From positions 1-46,452 of the forward strand of contig JBAWFY010000153.1 of the NCBI GenBank assembly GCA_049592335.1: a DNA stretch of 46,452 nucleotides. The letters run 5' to 3'. Positions within the stretch are counted from its first letter, which is position 1, and each line of letters starts with the position of its first letter. The notes under the pieces are model-generated. The model saw nothing but the letters and a program-made list of their open reading frames with translations. It did not search any database and was not told the DNA's origin. Both the position numbers and the translations under genes were made by a program. Shown here piece after piece: positions 27,711 to 36,702 of this stretch. The stretch is from Terracidiphilus sp. GTDB lineage: Bacteria; Acidobacteriota; Terriglobia; Terriglobales; Acidobacteriaceae.

Positions 27711-29618
27711 TTACGACTGCGGAGCTCCGGCAGCCGGGGTTTGCTGATCGGGTGGCGGCGGCGCCGCGCCGCTCTGCGGAGGCGGAGGCGGTTGTGCCGG
27801 AGGAGGAGTATTGTCGGGCGTCGCGACCGGCTGCTGGTCACCGTTGCTATTGGCCGGAGGCTGCTGATCGCCAGTACCGTTGGCGGGCGTTTCCGCTGCC
27901 GGCGGCGCGGTGGCCGAGTCGGCCGCGGCCGCGTCGTAACGCTGCAGCTTATAGAAGATCGGCGTCACCTCGAACGGCATCTTGTCGCGCGCGTTCATCG
28001 GCGCATAGCGCTTGGCGTTCAGCATATGTACCTTGTCGTCCCAGGGATCGGTCTTCAGCCAGCTTCCCAGGGGCAGAGCCGCGGTCTGCGACAGGTCGTC
28101 CCAGTTGATCTTCGGAGCCTGGTGCAGCAGCCCGGCCATCCACGGCGTTCCGTCGGCCCTGAGCAGCGAGTCGCCCAGCGTCGGCGTGTTCAGCGCCTTC
28201 AGCACCCGGGCGCGATCCACAAGCTGCTCATAGAAGAGGCCTGCGTTCGCCAGCTTGTCCTTGTACATGGAGTTCTCGAGATACTCCATCGCCCGCTTCG
28301 ACGCCGTTCCATTGTCCACGTCGCTGTGGTTCATGTCGATGCGCTGGAAGGTCGCCGTGTCCGGAAACAGCAGCCGGTCGTTGAACGCGTAGCGGGTATC
28401 GATGTGATGACCCATCGCGATGTGCGCCAGCTCCATTGAGATTACCGAGGCAATGGCTTCTTCGCTGGGCAGGCTATCGATGAGCCCTTTGCTGATCAGA
28501 ATGGTGTTGCCCACGGTCGTGGCTTCCACCGTATCGGTGAGCAGTACGCGGCAATGAAGCTGATCGGTAAAGGCGAGATTATTCGGCACCACCAGGTTGA
28601 TGACGATCTGCCCCAGGACCTTGTCCTCGTAGCCGTTGGGATCGACCGGCGCAACCAGGCCGGCCTGAACCAGACGGTCGATCACGTTGTTCTCGGCCTG
28701 CGTTACCCACATGCGCGAGGCCTGCAGCGGGCCCACGTCCTGCGAGTCGTCGCTCTTGTCTACTGCGTCGTCAACCTTCACGCTGACGTTTTCGCTGTCG
28801 CGCGTGGGCAGCTTGAGCGAGTAGCCCCAGAAGTGTGTTTGCGCCTTCAAGCCCGTCGGTGCGCCGTCAGTGCGCTGCGTCTCTTCCACGTACACGGCCA
28901 CGGGCAGCCAGATCCCGGGCTGCACATTCATGCGCCAGCTGTCGAAGTGGAAGAAGTGCTTGTTCGATTCCGGATCGGCAGAGCCGGTGTAGGTGCCGTT
29001 GAAACGTACCACATTGCCGCCCTCGTCCTCGATCCAGATGCGCCCATAGAAGCGGCCGATGCCTTCCTTGTCGCTCCTGGGATGCACGTCGAAAACCCAG
29101 GTACGCACCGATCCCAGAAACTCGCGCCGCACGAAGCTGAACACGTAGTGCTGCTGGTCGAAGCTCGAGGGGTCGAGGAACATCATTTGCATGAAGCCGG
29201 TCGGAGAGTAGACCCACTGTTGATCGAGATGCAGCGCCTTGGTCAGGCCAGTGATCGCATCCATCGAGCCCTTGAAGAAGCCGTGCTTGTTCCCCGTCTC
29301 TTTCGGGATATATTGCTTGTCGAAAAAGCCCTTCCCGAAATCCACGCGGCTTAGCATGTACTGGTCCGAAACAGGAACCTCATACAGCTTCACGTCAGGC
29401 TTGGTGTCCTGGATGTACGTCTCCACCAGCGGCGTGCGCTGTTGGATATTCCGGATCAGCACCTTTTCCTGCGCGATCGATCTCTGCACCAGCGCATTCT
29501 GCTCGGGCGTTAGCTGGCGGAAAGGCTCGAACTTCGGTTCCTTAGCTCTTCTTGCGAACGCATAGCCCGTGCTTAAACTCAAGATCAGCAGGGCGAGGGG
29601 GATCTTGCGAAACTTCAT
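27711..29618 (-). CDS. Exported protein with M48 peptidase-like domain (degenerate HExxH)
   Basis: Signal peptide after SD CAGGAG; ILISKGLID.L.SEEAIASVISMELAHI..GH; Pro-rich tail. Confidence 0.7.
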   Translation of the reverse strand: MKFRKIPLALLILSLSTGYAFARRAKEPKFEPFRQLTPEQNALVQRSIAQEKVLIRNIQQRTPLVETYIQDTKPDVKLYEVPVSDQYMLSRVDFGKGFFDKQYIPKETGNKHGFFKGSMDAITGLTKALHLDQQWVYSPTGFMQMMFLDPSSFDQQHYVFSFVRREFLGSVRTWVFDVHPRSDKEGIGRFYGRIWIEDEGGNVVRFNGTYTGSADPESNKHFFHFDSWRMNVQPGIWLPVAVYVEETQRTDGAPTGLKAQTHFWGYSLKLPTRDSENVSVKVDDAVDKSDDSQDVGPLQASRMWVTQAENNVIDRLVQAGLVAPVDPNGYEDKVLGQIVINLVVPNNLAFTDQLHCRVLLTDTVEATTVGNTILISKGLIDSLPSEEAIASVISMELAHIAMGHHIDTRYAFNDRLLFPDTATFQRIDMNHSDVDNGTASKRAMEYLENSMYKDKLANAGLFYEQLVDRARVLKALNTPTLGDSLLRADGTPWMAGLLHQAPKINWDDLSQTAALPLGSWLKTDPWDDKVHMLNAKRYAPMNARDKMPFEVTPIFYKLQRYDAAAADSATAPPAAETPANGTGDQQPPANSNGDQQPVATPDNTPPPAQPPPPPQSGAAPPPPDQQTPAAGAPQS

Positions 29619-29719
29619 GTGCAACTCCTGGTTGAATACTACCTTGCTCAGTATCTCCTTCATCGCGCCTTGCGGCGCGTTCCGGCTGAGCGCAGGCCAC
29701 GTGCGATCTAACAATAATG

Positions 29720-29755
29720 CTACGCCAAAATCCTACGCCAAATTTGCTACGCCAA
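29720..29755. repeat. Triplicated 9-mer CTACGCCAA
   Basis: Exact copies at 29720, 29733 and 29747; the last encodes the tonB Leu-Ala-stop. Confidence 0.75.
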
Positions 29756-30790
29756 CTGGAAGGAGATGGTGATGGTTGTCGTAAGATCAACAGGCCGGCC
29801 GTCGCGCGTCGCGGGGCGAAAACGGATCAGCTGCGCCACGCGCTGCGCTTCCTGGTCGAGACCGTGGCCCAGCCCGCGCACTACGCCCTGGACCACCACG
29901 TGGCCCGAGGCAAGGAACGTGACGCGCAGCACTACGTCGCCCTCGACCTTCATCTGCCGCGCCTCAGTCGTGTACTCCACCGGCGGCTTGTAGAGCACTT
30001 CCAGGCCCGTGGACTCTGGAGCCGCACTCTGCCGAACCGGCATGGCAACCTGCGCGGTGGTCGAGGGAATCCCCGCCGAGCCCACCCTTCCGTAGTTTGA
30101 ACCCGAATTTGCCGTCCCGGTTGCGCCCGGAATTCCGGCCGATCCCACTTTTCCCACCATGCCGTAGTTGGAGCCGGACTTGGTTCCATTGCCGATGCCC
30201 GTCGATCCCACCACGCCGTGCGGCGCAACTGCCGGACCGTTCATGCCGCCGTAAGGATTGCCGATCGCGGCGATCGTCGCCGGACGTGTCGAGTTCGGAT
30301 TCGGCGTCACGCCAAAGGTCTGGCCCAGGTGCACCGGAGCCGTGGACGGCTTCACGTTGCTATTTTGCGCCGGCATCGCCGCAGCCAGCGCGGCCTTGGG
30401 CTGCGGCGCCAGCCGGATCATCTGCGGCTTGGCCATCTGCGGCAGGTTCACCTTGGCCTGAATCTCAACAGGCTTTGGCTCCGGCTTTGGCTTCGGCAGT
30501 TCAATCTGCCGCATCTGCGGCTTCAACTCGATCTTCGGCTGCTCAATCGGCTTCAGCTTGGGCGGCGGGGGCTGCTTGATGCGCTCCGGCGGCGGCGTGT
30601 TCGGAACGATCAGCTCCGTCATCTCATAGTGCTTCTGGATCACCTGCTTGGCCATCATTCCGGCCAGGATCAGAGCGATCACGATCACCGTATTCACCGT
30701 CGAGCTGATGACGAAGGGCATCGACCCTCCCTTCGCCTCGGGCAACAGGCCCATCGTCATGCTTGCTGGGGAATAGTAATCCGTCGACAT
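29747..30790 (-). CDS. TonB family energy transducer
   Basis: N-terminal TM, Pro/Lys-rich rod, Gly-rich linker, YTTEARQMKVEGDVVL.V.F, GLGHGLD..A, FRPATRDG.PV. Confidence 0.88.
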   Translation of the reverse strand: MSTDYYSPASMTMGLLPEAKGGSMPFVISSTVNTVIVIALILAGMMAKQVIQKHYEMTELIVPNTPPPERIKQPPPPKLKPIEQPKIELKPQMRQIELPKPKPEPKPVEIQAKVNLPQMAKPQMIRLAPQPKAALAAAMPAQNSNVKPSTAPVHLGQTFGVTPNPNSTRPATIAAIGNPYGGMNGPAVAPHGVVGSTGIGNGTKSGSNYGMVGKVGSAGIPGATGTANSGSNYGRVGSAGIPSTTAQVAMPVRQSAAPESTGLEVLYKPPVEYTTEARQMKVEGDVVLRVTFLASGHVVVQGVVRGLGHGLDQEAQRVAQLIRFRPATRDGRPVDLTTTITISFQLA

Positions 30791-31266
30791 AGTACAATCC
30801 TCGCTTCAGAGCCGCCCGGGAGCGGCGCACGCCATTCAATGCTTACGAAGTTATCGGCAGAAAAAGTGCCACATTCGTACCAGAATTCGTTTGAGCGCTC
30901 ATGATTTTTTAGAGATCGGCCCGCAAGCCACGCCAAAAGCGTCTCCCCTGGAGGTATGACGTCAAAATACTGCCGAAGCGTTGCTATCGCCTGGTCCCGG
31001 AATTCGGGCTTCCCCTCTTTTTTCCGGATGCCGCGGCGCGAAACCTGCCCACGACTCCACCCGGAACTTCGAGCCCGGGAATGGGAATGGGGAGTAGTAA
31101 GTATACGTGGAATTGTCTCCGAAACCAAATGCCGGGCGCAACTCGGACCTGGAGCGGTGGCGCACATCCACACACCCTGCCATTTGGCTGGCGCACAGAA
31201 CGGATTCTCGGAACGGCGGGTCGGCCGGCCTTCGAACATCCACTCTCTCCACCCAAGGCAACAGCG

Positions 31267-31303
31267 AAAAAATCGCCCCTTGCGCAGGCAAAGAGGGCGA
31301 TTT
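31267..31303 (-). terminator. Intrinsic terminator with no annotated gene upstream
   Basis: Minus strand AAATCGCCC...GGGCGATTTTTT, a stem plus U6. Confidence 0.7.
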
Positions 31304-31423
31304 CAATTTGATAGGGATTCCGGCTCCCCATTTCTGGACCTGCTTCCGAGCAGGCTTCCGGGCCGGACGACAAGGCTCAGCAGATGCTTGTCGCCCCGCA
31401 GTCCTGTCAGGTGTTGCTCCTAT
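31267..31423 (-). ncRNA. Candidate structured small RNA / leader (~155 nt)
   Basis: Closing stem ATAGG/CCTAT, internal hairpins GGGCGACAAG/CTTGTCGTCC and CCTGCT-CGGA-AGCAGG, upstream TACCTT -10-like box and a downstream terminator; no family recognised. Confidence 0.4.
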
Positions 31424-31467
31424 AGACTCAAGGTAACCCAAATCGTCTGGGGAAGGACAGCCCTTTC

Positions 31468-32490
31468 ATGAAGATTCTGGTTACTGGCGGTGCAGGGTAC
31501 ATAGGGAGTACCGTTACGGGATTGCTGACCGAAAAAGGCCATAAAGCTTTTGTTTACGATAATCTATCGCATGGCCGCAGCGATCTTTTGCCCCCAGGCG
31601 TTCACTTGATAGACGGCGAACTCGGGGATCGCGCTCACCTCGAACAAATCTTTTCCTCCGCGCGCGATTCCCACTACCCTTTTGATGCAGTTCTTCACTT
31701 TGCCGCCCTCATTGAGGCCGGCGAATCCATGCAGCGGCCGGAGATCTATTTCCGCAACAACACCGCCTCTACGCTTTCCCTCCTTGAGGCCATGCTGGCC
31801 ACGGGCGTCAAGCGCCTGGTCTTTTCCTCCACAGCGGCCGTCTATGGTGAGCCGGAATCCATTCCCATTCAGGAAGATGCGCGCCTGGCCCCCACCAACG
31901 CCTACGGCCAGTCGAAGCTCCTCGTCGAGCAGATGCTCATCTGGCTCAACCGCATTCACGGATTCGAGTATGCGTCGCTGCGCTATTTCAACGTGGCCGG
32001 CGCCGCCGAGGGCCCTGAGGGACCCACGAGTATTGTCCGTGGTGAATCGCACGAGCCGGAAACCCATCTCATTCCGCTGATCCTCGACGTGGCCCTCGGC
32101 CGCCGCGCTTCGATTCGCATCTACGGCGACGACTACCCGACACCCGACGGCACCTGCATCCGCGACTACATCCACGTCTCCGATCTCGCCGACGTTCACC
32201 TGCTGGCGCTGGATGCGCTCGCAGCAGGAAAAGGGCGCGAGACCCCGCTCATCTACAACCTCGGCAATGGCCAAGGCTTCAGCGTGCGCGAAGTCGTCGA
32301 GTCAGCACGCCGCGTCACCGGCCATCCCATCCCGGCAGAAATCCATCCCCGGCGACCCGGCGATCCCGCCGTGCTCGTAGCAAGCTCCGAAAAAGCCACA
32401 CGCGAGCTAGGCTGGAAGCCCCGCTACACAAATCTCGACGAAATCGTCCGCACCGCCTGGATCTGGCACCAGAAGCGCTACCGCGCGTAA
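31468..32490 (+). CDS. galE: UDP-glucose 4-epimerase
   Basis: VTGGAGYIGS, HFAA...GES, FSSTAAVYG, YGQSK, LRYFNVAG, DGTCIRDYIHV. Confidence 0.96.
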   Translation: MKILVTGGAGYIGSTVTGLLTEKGHKAFVYDNLSHGRSDLLPPGVHLIDGELGDRAHLEQIFSSARDSHYPFDAVLHFAALIEAGESMQRPEIYFRNNTASTLSLLEAMLATGVKRLVFSSTAAVYGEPESIPIQEDARLAPTNAYGQSKLLVEQMLIWLNRIHGFEYASLRYFNVAGAAEGPEGPTSIVRGESHEPETHLIPLILDVALGRRASIRIYGDDYPTPDGTCIRDYIHVSDLADVHLLALDALAAGKGRETPLIYNLGNGQGFSVREVVESARRVTGHPIPAEIHPRRPGDPAVLVASSEKATRELGWKPRYTNLDEIVRTAWIWHQKRYRA

Positions 32491-32509
32491 CATCGCACAG
32501 GAACCAGTT

Positions 32510-33025
32510 ATGCAGCGCATTTATTTGATCTCGACCGGCGGAACCATTGAGAAGGTCTATTCCGAGCAAAGCGGCGCGGTGGAGAATCGCGCCGCCAAGC
32601 TTGATCGCTACCTGCGCATGTTGCGTTTGCCCGACGCCGAAATCCGCGCCGAGCACTTGATGAACAAAGACAGCATGGAGATGACGGACGCCGACCGCGC
32701 CGAGGTTCGCGATCGCGTGGCTGCGCTCCTCAATTCTGAGAGCGGGGAAGGCGCGCCCATCGTGATCTCGCACGGGACCGACACCATGGTCGAGACGGGC
32801 CGGTTTCTCGAGCAATCCTTCCCCGATCTCAAGGTTCCCATCGTGCTGACCGGGGCCATGACGCCGTTAGGGTTCGAAGGCAGCGACGGGCTGCAGAATC
32901 TAACTGAAAGTTTGCTGGCCGCGCGTTTGCTTTCGCCCGGGGTTTACATCGTGATGCACGGCCAGGTTTTTTCCGTCAGCCACGCGCGCAAGGATAAGGA
33001 CAAGGCCACGTTTGTGCGGACGTAA
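32510..33025 (+). CDS. Short asparaginase-domain protein (N-terminal domain only)
   Basis: STGGTIEK, KDS.EM, HGTDTM, VLTGAM.P, SDGLQNL; 171 aa. Confidence 0.85.
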   Translation: MQRIYLISTGGTIEKVYSEQSGAVENRAAKLDRYLRMLRLPDAEIRAEHLMNKDSMEMTDADRAEVRDRVAALLNSESGEGAPIVISHGTDTMVETGRFLEQSFPDLKVPIVLTGAMTPLGFEGSDGLQNLTESLLAARLLSPGVYIVMHGQVFSVSHARKDKDKATFVRT

Positions 33026-33056
33026 GCGCCTGCGTTCTCTTGATGAGTCCTATCCC

Positions 33057-33626
33057 TCAATTCTCTTTTCGGCGAAGAACTCCAGATTTTGGCAGGTCCT
33101 TGAAGGGGCCAATGCTCATGAGGAAGTTAGAGAGAACCGTCTTCAACTGCCCATCGTAATCCGGAGGATTTTTGGGAAGGTGCGGCCACGCAATGCGGAC
33201 AGAAACGCCGCAATCGGCGACAATCCGACGGCAGTCCCAGATTACATACTGAGTCTGGGTCGAACGCTGTGTTTTCGAGAAGGTGCTGCATGCCCAGCCT
33301 TCTACTAGCTTCTCTTGCTGCGCCGTGCTGTCATCGGTTGACGACTGCTTTTGGAATGCATCCCTGGCTTGGTCGGTCCTGAGGTCCGTAGCGATAATCG
33401 ACAAATTTGAGGAATCCGAGGTGCCATTGTCGGCAGGATTTGGGATCTGAAATGCGAATACTGTCCTCTCACTTGTGGAGCTATTCGCTATCACCGGCCA
33501 GTCGGCGGGCACCGAGAACTGCACACGGTCGACGATCGTGAAGTCAACCATATCCGTCTCCCTGGCCCAGGCAGGCGCTGATACACCTATCACCAATAAA
33601 AAGAGGACGACTGATCTCGACAGCAT
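33057..33626 (-). CDS. Hypothetical exported protein
   Basis: Signal peptide MLSRSVVLFLLVIGVSAPAWA; FSVPADW (PsbP/DcrB-like start, weak); lower GC than neighbours. Confidence 0.65.
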   Translation of the reverse strand: MLSRSVVLFLLVIGVSAPAWARETDMVDFTIVDRVQFSVPADWPVIANSSTSERTVFAFQIPNPADNGTSDSSNLSIIATDLRTDQARDAFQKQSSTDDSTAQQEKLVEGWACSTFSKTQRSTQTQYVIWDCRRIVADCGVSVRIAWPHLPKNPPDYDGQLKTVLSNFLMSIGPFKDLPKSGVLRRKEN

Positions 33627-33742
33627 CGTGAGAATTGTACGCCATGGACACTGCGATCTGCCCGATGCACTCACACAGGGAAACATGCCAGAGCTGCTTC
33701 TGAGCTGGCTGGTCAGGACAACAGTATTGCTAAAATCGAATT

Positions 33743-34804
33743 ATGCCGATCTCGCGCGAGCAAGCTCTCGATTATTTCCGCTCTCCCGACCTGATCGGTC
33801 TGGGATTCGAGGCAGACGCGGTGCGCCGGCGGCTGCATCCCGAGGGCGTGGTCACCTACATCATCGATCGCAACATCAACTACACCAATTTCTGCACCGA
33901 GTACTGCACTTTCTGCGCCTTCTATCGCCCTCTGCCGCGCCCCGGCAAGCCCGACCCGCGCGCGGAAGAGGGCTACATTCTCGACTTCGAGACGATTTGC
34001 GAAAAAATTGCCGAGACCCTCGAAATGGGCGGCACCGGCGTGCTGATGCAGGGCGGCATCCATCCCGATCTCAAGATCGATTGGTTCGAGCGGCTGTTCA
34101 CGGGCATCAAGCAGCGCTTCCCGCAGATCTGGCTGCATTGCCTGTCGGCGTCCGAGGTGCTGGCCATCGCCGAGTACTCCGGCCTCGATCTGCGCACAAC
34201 CATCGCGCGCTTGCGTGACGCGGGGCTCGACTCGATTCCCGGCGGCGGCGCGGAGATTTTGGACGACGAAGTGCGGCATCGCATCGCGCGTCTCAAATGC
34301 GACACCAACGATTGGGTGAGCGTGCATCGCACAGCGCATGAATTAGGCATGCGCACCACCGCCACCATGATGTTCGGCGTAGGCGAGACGTTCGAGCAGC
34401 GCGTCAATCATTTTGAAACCGTCCGCCATCTGCAGGAAGAGACCGGCGGATTCACGGCCTTCATCCCCTGGAGCTTTCAGCCCAAGCACACCGCGCTCGG
34501 CGGCCGCGGCTGGGACGAAGCAACATCGGTCGAGTATCTAAAAGTGCTAGCTATCTCGCGGCTGTATCTCGACAACATCGAGAACGTGCAGGCCAGTTGG
34601 GTGACGCAGGGACTGAAGGTGCTGGAGCTGGGCCTCCACTTCGGCGGCAACGACGTGGGCAGCGTAATGCTCGAGGAAAATGTGGTGAGGGCGGCAGGCA
34701 CGTCGAATTGCACCACGGAAGAAGAGCTGCGCAGAATCATCCGCGATGCAGGATTCAAGCCCGTGCAAAGAGACACGCTCTACCGCACGATGTTTTTGAA
34801 CTAA
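33743..34804 (+). CDS. mqnC: Cyclic dehypoxanthinyl futalosine synthase (radical SAM)
   Basis: VTYIIDRNINYTNFCTEYCTFCAF, QGGIHP, IPGGGAEIL, TTATMMFG, AFIPWSFQ, QASWVTQG, GSVMLEENVV. Confidence 0.92.
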   Translation: MPISREQALDYFRSPDLIGLGFEADAVRRRLHPEGVVTYIIDRNINYTNFCTEYCTFCAFYRPLPRPGKPDPRAEEGYILDFETICEKIAETLEMGGTGVLMQGGIHPDLKIDWFERLFTGIKQRFPQIWLHCLSASEVLAIAEYSGLDLRTTIARLRDAGLDSIPGGGAEILDDEVRHRIARLKCDTNDWVSVHRTAHELGMRTTATMMFGVGETFEQRVNHFETVRHLQEETGGFTAFIPWSFQPKHTALGGRGWDEATSVEYLKVLAISRLYLDNIENVQASWVTQGLKVLELGLHFGGNDVGSVMLEENVVRAAGTSNCTTEEELRRIIRDAGFKPVQRDTLYRTMFLN

Positions 34805-34933
34805 CCGCGAAGGAGCTGCGTTCTCTCGCAGAGGGCAGCAAAGAAACAGGCGAAGATCGTACGCGGCCGCGTCGCTGCCTGAGCGGCAACAAGGGCCGCA
34901 TGATGTTTCAAGGCCGCTGGGCGCTGCCCGGCG

Positions 34934-35452
34934 CTACATCGACGGCATCTTACCCTGTTCGATTGCCTTCGCGTGGTCGAGATGCTTCTGCAGGGTCGGG
35001 AGCGTGTCCTGTGCGTACGAACGAAGCGCGGGATTGGTCGCGTCCTGCGCTTCCTTCTTGTAAACGGCGATCGCCTCCGTGTGTCCTGCAACCATGTCCT
35101 GAATGTACTTGCGATCGAACGCGGCGCCCTTCAGTGTGTGCAGGGGCTCGATCAGCTTCTTGTTGTGCTCGGCATCGATCGAAGTGGGCAGGATAAGTCC
35201 GGTTTGCTGCGCCAGGCTCTGTAGCTTCTGAAAGTCCTGCGTATGATCGTCGGCCACCATGCGTCCGTAGTCTTTGACGTCTTGCGACTTCGCTGCGTCC
35301 TGCGCGAGGTTGCCCAGGTGCGCCTCAACCATGTCGGTTTGAGCCGCGAAATCGAGGAATCTTTGGTCGCTCATCGGAGCTTTGCTGTTCTGGGCCAGCG
35401 CGGGAAGCGTGCAGAGAGCCAGGCAGCAGACGGTTATCAGGGCAAGTCTCAT
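34934..35452 (-). CDS. DUF4142 (ferritin-like) exported protein
   Basis: Signal peptide; DQRFL..AA, VKDYGRMVADDH, FDRKYIQDMV.GH, TLPTLQKHL.HA; SD GAAGGAG. Confidence 0.88.
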   Translation of the reverse strand: MRLALITVCCLALCTLPALAQNSKAPMSDQRFLDFAAQTDMVEAHLGNLAQDAAKSQDVKDYGRMVADDHTQDFQKLQSLAQQTGLILPTSIDAEHNKKLIEPLHTLKGAAFDRKYIQDMVAGHTEAIAVYKKEAQDATNPALRSYAQDTLPTLQKHLDHAKAIEQGKMPSM

Positions 35453-35690
35453 GGGTTCAACTCCTTCACGCTGGATTAGATGCGCCTGCGCACGAAGCGG
35501 TGGGCCGCATCCGCAGCAAACACAGTGCTGGTTCTTCCCCCGCGAAGGCAAGCGATCTGCCTCGAAGACCCGTGAAACGAGCCTGAAGCCAAATTGTGGA
35601 GGGGTGTATCGAGCTGCAAGCGCGGGCTGAACGGGTGCCTGCCTGTGCGGAATCTGAATGGATTAAAGCGGAACCTTGAGGGCTGGCCTT

Positions 35691-36575
35691 TTACGTTTCG
35701 GACTCGCGGTCCTTCATGTTCTTTGCCAGCACCTTTTCCACCACGCGCTCCACATCCGAGAGGAAGAAGCCGTTGGCCGGCTGTTGCACGGCAACGCGGG
35801 TTCCGTGGCCAAGGGCGGAAGCAATCTCGTTCCAGCGATAGATCGTCGAGCTCGCGGGGATAAGAATCGGCTTGCGCGCCGGCTCGGGCAGCAGGGAATA
35901 CGTGCCCCAAATCGCCAGCGACAACAGAATCAGGCCTTCGTAGACGAACTCGACGGGATCGTTGAGCGTCTTAATGTGAGAGCCCAGCGAGGCAAGGATG
36001 AAGTCTCCTGAGGACATGATGCCCAAGCCGAGCGCGATGCCAAAGGCATGATCGCGCACCGAAAGGCGCAGTGCATTCATGCTGATGCAAAGAAAGGCCA
36101 ACAGACAAAGCGTCAGTAAGCTGACAGCGTGCATCAGGTTATACAGAACGGCAACAGCGGTTCTTAGATTAGGGTGAGTGAATGAGACTGAAGACAGGCT
36201 GACGATAACTGAGACGAACGCTGCCCACCGGAAGATCACAACAGCGAGCTTTGCAATGCCCGGGAAGGGCGCGAGAGCGGAACGGAAGACCTCGACGCAA
36301 ACAAAGAAGAGCAGTATTGCTGCCGAAAGATAGGCAGCGAAGAAGTCGATTGAGTACACCTTGCTTAAAAGTAAATAACGAGACGGGCTTTCGGCGTGAG
36401 ACAACCCAAAGAGCACAACGAGCAGCAGAGGTGCAGAAACTGCGCGGAGAACCAAGTAATAGCCCATGGCCGGGAAGCGGCGATGCAGGCCCTTGCGCCA
36501 AAACACAATCGCCAAGGCGGCCCAAAGCAAAAGCTCTAACCCGGTCATCAACCACATTGCGGGATTCAAAGACAT
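35691..36575 (-). CDS. Uncharacterised 7-TM membrane protein with conserved-looking cytoplasmic tail
   Basis: Seven hydrophobic segments from MSLNPAMW; ~65-aa soluble tail (STIYRWNEIASALG...FFLSDVERVVEKVL); no enzymatic domain. Confidence 0.8.
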   Translation of the reverse strand: MSLNPAMWLMTGLELLLWAALAIVFWRKGLHRRFPAMGYYLVLRAVSAPLLLVVLFGLSHAESPSRYLLLSKVYSIDFFAAYLSAAILLFFVCVEVFRSALAPFPGIAKLAVVIFRWAAFVSVIVSLSSVSFTHPNLRTAVAVLYNLMHAVSLLTLCLLAFLCISMNALRLSVRDHAFGIALGLGIMSSGDFILASLGSHIKTLNDPVEFVYEGLILLSLAIWGTYSLLPEPARKPILIPASSTIYRWNEIASALGHGTRVAVQQPANGFFLSDVERVVEKVLAKNMKDRESET

Positions 36576-36702
36576 AGGCGCTACCTGAGAACCTGCGGCA
36601 GCACACAGAATAGCGCCAACCCGCTGAATTCTCAATCAAAAAACCGACACCAAGCCTACACTTTTGTGCTAGCAATCGTCCCGCAGAAGTCTCAGGTGGG
36701 CC

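Noticed and set aside
30757..31471. Several 110-170 aa ORFs in the tonB-galE spacer
   Set aside because: They overlap in conflicting frames, lack SD or protein-like composition, and the minus-strand ones starting above 31300 cross a terminator.
32510..33025. Asparaginase pseudogene (missing C-terminal domain)
   Set aside because: Both catalytic Thr motifs are intact, the stop is clean and no downstream remnant is visible; short single-domain asparaginases are a known class.
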